Assembly: GCA_963737065.1 (NCBI GenBank)
Contig: CAVTRC010000001.1
Span: forward strand, 1,792,001-1,856,000
Reading direction: 5' to 3'
DNA from: Candidatus Eremiobacteria bacterium
GTDB taxonomy: Bacteria > Vulcanimicrobiota > Vulcanimicrobiia > Vulcanimicrobiales > Vulcanimicrobiaceae
Length of the DNA: 64,000 nt
Positions 60,202 through 64,000 of this stretch are shown here, piece by piece; the stretch's first letter is position 1, and each line of letters starts with the position of its first letter. Below the pieces are notes generated by a model. That model saw only the letters and a list, made by a program, of their open reading frames with translations, did no database searches and was not told where the DNA came from. The translations under genes were made by a program, and so were the position numbers.

Positions 60202-60849
60202 CTACGTCTCCGGCGTCGCGCCGATGACCTCCGGCGTCGCCTGTTCCGCTCCGGCGCCGGCAGCCGCTTCTTCAAGGTGCTGCGCCGTCTTTGACGGTTC
60301 AACCGAGACGACGATCGTGTCGGCCGGCGTGAGAAGCTTGAAGTGTGGCGGCAATTTCACATCGGCGGCGGTCGCGTGCTGATGAATGCCCAGATCCGTA
60401 ACGTCGATTTCGAAGTGATCCGGCAACTGATCGACGGGGCCTTCGACCTCGACTTCGTGCACGAGCACGTCCATGACGCCGCCGAACTCTTTCACGCCGC
60501 GCGCGACGCCGGCCGCGACGAGCGGAATCGCCGTGCGCACCGCTTCGTGCGCGGAAACGCGCAGCAGGTCGACGTGTTGGATGCCGCGTGTCACCGGATT
60601 GCGCATCACTTGCCGAACGAGTGCGGTGTCAGTATTTTTGCCGTTCATCATCAGCGTGATGACGCCCGTGCGCCCGCCCTGGTGAAGGAGTTCGTCGAAG
60701 GCGCGCAAGTCGAGCGCGATATGCTGCGGCGTCGTGCCGTGCCCGTAGAGTACGGCCGGAATCTTTCCGGCGTGGCGAAGCGCGTTTGCGCCGGTCGTTC
60801 CAAGCCTCTCACGCCGCTCGATCGAGAGCGTCATTTCTTTGCTAGCCAC
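60202..60849 (-). CDS. rplY: 50S ribosomal protein L25 / Ctc
   Basis: LRHAGKIPAVLYG, IQHVDL, GVKEFGG; AAGGAG RBS; prs-rplY-pth order. Confidence 0.96.
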   Translation of the reverse strand: MASKEMTLSIERRERLGTTGANALRHAGKIPAVLYGHGTTPQHIALDLRAFDELLHQGGRTGVITLMMNGKNTDTALVRQVMRNPVTRGIQHVDLLRVSAHEAVRTAIPLVAAGVARGVKEFGGVMDVLVHEVEVEGPVDQLPDHFEIDVTDLGIHQHATAADVKLPPHFKLLTPADTIVVSVEPSKTAQHLEEAAAGAGAEQATPEVIGATPET

Positions 60850-60873
60850 GTTGCGTTTCTTCTCCTTGAGTTC

Positions 60874-61902
60874 TCATGCAATAACCGTCTCCAAGACGGG
60901 TGTTCCGCTAGGGCCCGGCTCGGACGGGGCGCCCTCCTCGCCGTCGAACAGTGCGGAAACCGAGCGGTTCGTCGTGATGCGGCTGATCGTATCCGCAAAT
61001 GTTTGCGCAATCGAAAGCTGGACGAATTTCGGATGGGCGCGCGCGTTGACAAGCGGAATGGTGTTCGTCACGATCACGCGCTCGATATTCGACTCTTCCA
61101 ACACGCGGACCGCGTCGTCCGCAAAGATACCGTGCGTTGCAACGGTGTACACTTTCGTGGCGCCGCGCGCTTTGATCGCTTCCGCCGCTTTTGCGAGCGT
61201 GCCGCCCGTCGAAATCATGTCGTCGACGATAACCGCGATTTTCCCCGTGACGTCTCCGACAATGTCGGTTACTTCGGACACGTCGGGCTCCGGCCGGCGT
61301 TTGAAGACAATCGCGAGCGAGCTTTCCAGCCGCTTCGCAAACAGTTCCGCGCGGTGCACGCCGCCGGCGTCGGGCGACACGACGACGACGCGATCCTTTG
61401 AAAGGCCTTCCTTTTTTAGATAATTGCAGAGCACCGGCATCGCCATCAGGTTGTCGACCGGAATATCGAAGAAGCCTTGAATCTGCGCCGCGTGGAGATC
61501 CATCGTCACCAAGCGTTTTGCGCCCGTGATCTTGAGCACGTTTGCGATGACCTTGGCCGAGATCGGTTCACGGCCTTTCGTCTTCTTATCCTGTTTCGCG
61601 TACCCATAATACGGAATGACCGCCGTGATACGCGCCGCCGATGCGCGCCGGAGCGCGTCGATCATCAGCAAGAGCTCCATCAGCGAATCGTTGACGCCGA
61701 TTTTCCCGTCGGCCGACTTGCAGATCGATTGCACGACGAAGACTTCCGAGCCGCGCACGTTTTCTTTGATTTCGATACGCGTCTCTTCGTTCTTGAACTT
61801 GTCGACGAGAGAATTGCCGATGTGCAGCTTCAGCCGCTTGGCGATCTCTTCGGCCAGCGCGCGATTGGAGTTGCCGCTGAAGATCAGTGGGTTATGGCTC
61901 AA
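60874..61902 (-). CDS. prs: Ribose-phosphate pyrophosphokinase
   Basis: IFSGNSN, PYYGYAKQDKK, DLHAAQIQGFF, VSPDAGG, VDDMISTGGT; TTG start with GGAGA RBS. Confidence 0.98.
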   Translation of the reverse strand: MSHNPLIFSGNSNRALAEEIAKRLKLHIGNSLVDKFKNEETRIEIKENVRGSEVFVVQSICKSADGKIGVNDSLMELLLMIDALRRASAARITAVIPYYGYAKQDKKTKGREPISAKVIANVLKITGAKRLVTMDLHAAQIQGFFDIPVDNLMAMPVLCNYLKKEGLSKDRVVVVSPDAGGVHRAELFAKRLESSLAIVFKRRPEPDVSEVTDIVGDVTGKIAVIVDDMISTGGTLAKAAEAIKARGATKVYTVATHGIFADDAVRVLEESNIERVIVTNTIPLVNARAHPKFVQLSIAQTFADTISRITTNRSVSALFDGEEGAPSEPGPSGTPVLETVIA

Positions 61903-62186
61903 CGGGGTGCATCTCCACGAGAAGGGGCGGGTGGCATGGCTTCGCGAGTCCCCCGCCCGCTCTCCCCCAGAGAGCGACGGCAAACTTGCGCATGTTGATG
62001 CCAGGCGCCGGCTGAAAGGGGAATCGCTTCTGCGACCGCGATGTATGCGTCGCGATCGTCCGAATGTAGCAACGCGCTGCTTTGGCGTTGCAGATGCGCC
62101 GACGCCGACATAACGTTGTGGCGAGCATCGCTTCTCGGCGTCGTTGCGCAACTGCAAACGGCCGTGTTGCGGTTACACTAGCGCTT

Positions 62187-64000
62187 ATGGCGGCCAATTC
62201 GTTTAAACTCGTCTCTCCGTACGCGCTCGCCGGCGATCAGCCGAAAGCGACCGAGGCGTTGGCCGATGCCGCGTTGCGCGGCGATCGTACGCAAACGCTG
62301 CTCGGCGTGACGGGAAGCGGAAAAACAATGGCGATGGCGCGGGTCATTGAACTCGTGCAGAAACCGACGCTCGTTCTCTGCCATAATAAGACGCTCGCCG
62401 CACAGTTGTGCGCTGAATTCCGCGAGTTCTTCCCCGAGAACGCCGTCGAATATTTCGTCTCGTATTTCGACTACTATCAGCCCGAAGCGTACGTGCCGTC
62501 GACCGACACGTACATCGAAAAAGACTCGTCGATCAACGACGAGATCGAGCGCCTGCGCCACTCCGCCACCCAGTCGTTGCTAACGCGCCCCGATACGCTA
62601 ATCGTCGCATCGGTATCGTGCATCTATGGTTTGGGCTCGCCGTCCGACTATATGGAGATGTCCGCACGCGTTCGCGTCGGTGACGAGATGGACCGCGACG
62701 TGCTTTTGCGCAAGCTCGTCGACATGCAATATCGCCGCAACGATTTGAATTTGACCCGCGGCATGTTCCGCGTCCGCGGCGATGTTCTGGAATTCGTCGG
62801 CGTCGATGAAGAGCTCGTCCATCGCATCGAATTTTTCGGTGACGAAATCGACGCAATCAACGTCGTGAATCTGATGACCGGCGAATATGTCGAGAGCAAG
62901 GACGAACTGCTGATCTTTCCCGCGAAACACTTCATCACGCCTGAAGAAAAGCTTCGTCGCGCGATCGGTTCGATCGAGATCGAACTCGATGAACGTCTGA
63001 AGCATTTCAAGGACCACGGCAAGCTGCTCGAAGCGCAACGGCTGGAAATGCGCACGCGGTACGATCTCGATATGCTGCGTGAAGTCGGCTACTGCAACGG
63101 CATCGAAAACTACTCCCGCCATCTGACCGGTCGCGAGCCGGGCTCGACGCCCTGGTGTCTGCTCGACTTCTTCCCGAAGGATAGCCTCTATTTCGTCGAC
63201 GAATCGCACGTCACGCTTCCGCAAGTCCACGGGATGTATGCCGGGGACCGTTCGCGGAAAACGACGTTGGTCGAGCACGGCTTCCGTCTTCCGAGCGCGC
63301 TCGATAACCGTCCGCTGACCTACGACGAATGGGACGACCACGTCAACCAGATCGTTTACGTTTCCGCAACGCCCGGTACGTATGAAATCGGACGCAGCAC
63401 GCAGACGGTCGAGATGATTATCCGTCCGACCGGCCTCGTCGATCCGGAAGTCGAGGTCCGTCCCACGCGCAATCAAGTCGACGATCTCATGGAGGAGATT
63501 CGCGAGCGCGTGGCGCGCCAAGAACGCGTGCTCGTCACGACGTTAACGAAGAAGATGGCCGAAGACTTGACGGATTTCTTGCTCGAGAACGGCTTGAAGG
63601 TCCGGTATCTGCATAGCGAAGTGGACACGCTCGAGCGCGTCGCGATCCTTCGCGATCTACGGCTCGGTACGTTCGACGTTCTCGTCGGTATCAATCTGCT
63701 GCGCGAAGGTCTGGACTTGCCGGAAGTTTCGCTGGTGGGCATCCTCGACGCGGACAAAGAGGGATATCTGCGCAGTTCCACGTCGCTGATTCAAACGATC
63801 GGACGCGCGGCGCGTAACGTGGAGGGCAAAGTATTGATGTACGCCGACGTCGTGACGGAATCGATGGCGCGCGCGCTCGGCGAAACGAAGCGCAGGCGCG
63901 AATTGCAGGTCGCATTCAATAAGGAACACGGCATCGAGCCGCGCAGCGTGCGCAAGGAGATCCGAGACATTCTAAGCATGGTCGGCGCAACGGAAGAGAC
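62187..64000 (+). CDS. uvrB: Excinuclease ABC subunit B (runs off window)
   Basis: Own translation: [79 protein letters not shown]. Confidence 0.98.
   Translation, partial: MAANSFKLVSPYALAGDQPKATEALADAALRGDRTQTLLGVTGSGKTMAMARVIELVQKPTLVLCHNKTLAAQLCAEFREFFPENAVEYFVSYFDYYQPEAYVPSTDTYIEKDSSINDEIERLRHSATQSLLTRPDTLIVASVSCIYGLGSPSDYMEMSARVRVGDEMDRDVLLRKLVDMQYRRNDLNLTRGMFRVRGDVLEFVGVDEELVHRIEFFGDEIDAINVVNLMTGEYVESKDELLIFPAKHFITPEEKLRRAIGSIEIELDERLKHFKDHGKLLEAQRLEMRTRYDLDMLREVGYCNGIENYSRHLTGREPGSTPWCLLDFFPKDSLYFVDESHVTLPQVHGMYAGDRSRKTTLVEHGFRLPSALDNRPLTYDEWDDHVNQIVYVSATPGTYEIGRSTQTVEMIIRPTGLVDPEVEVRPTRNQVDDLMEEIRERVARQERVLVTTLTKKMAEDLTDFLLENGLKVRYLHSEVDTLERVAILRDLRLGTFDVLVGINLLREGLDLPEVSLVGILDADKEGYLRSSTSLIQTIGRAARNVEGKVLMYADVVTESMARALGETKRRRELQVAFNKEHGIEPRSVRKEIRDILSMVGATEE

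Noticed and set aside
61900..62190. tRNA gene upstream of prs, or SOS box upstream of uvrB
   Set aside because: No cloverleaf or T-loop signature, and no recognisable LexA box

Overview
This is a GC-rich bacterial chromosome segment. Terrabacteria-type features (YqzL, L20-leader arrangement, L25/Ctc, RocD) sit alongside probable outer-membrane proteins, which would fit a diderm Terrabacteria lineage such as Eremiobacterota/Vulcanimicrobiota; this is inference only. The backbone carries housekeeping and metabolic genes: pheT-pheS, infC-rpmI-rplT, aceA-aceB, uppS, meaB plus a two-subunit B12 acyl-CoA mutase, gltX-glmU, prs-rplY-pth and uvrB, plus many exported hydrolases. A visibly AT-richer insertion of about 12 kb (about 31667-43753) appears to split a DUF4097 gene and is flanked by a 4-bp AACG direct repeat. 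It contains a decayed IS3-family transposase interrupted exactly at its WVSDI|TYVP motif by an internally deleted RmInt1-like group II intron, and a partly decayed PLP/MocR-themed cargo. Other notable items: the mutase has isobutyryl-CoA mutase residues; three intact-looking enzyme homologues lack catalytic motifs; infC and pth probably start at AUA; a YqzL small ORF missing from the ORF track has phased upstream repeats; and several intergenic regions are structured. No CRISPR array, tRNA or rRNA was seen. I cannot claim a clearly new multi-gene system. All family calls are from motif recognition by eye, with no database searches.
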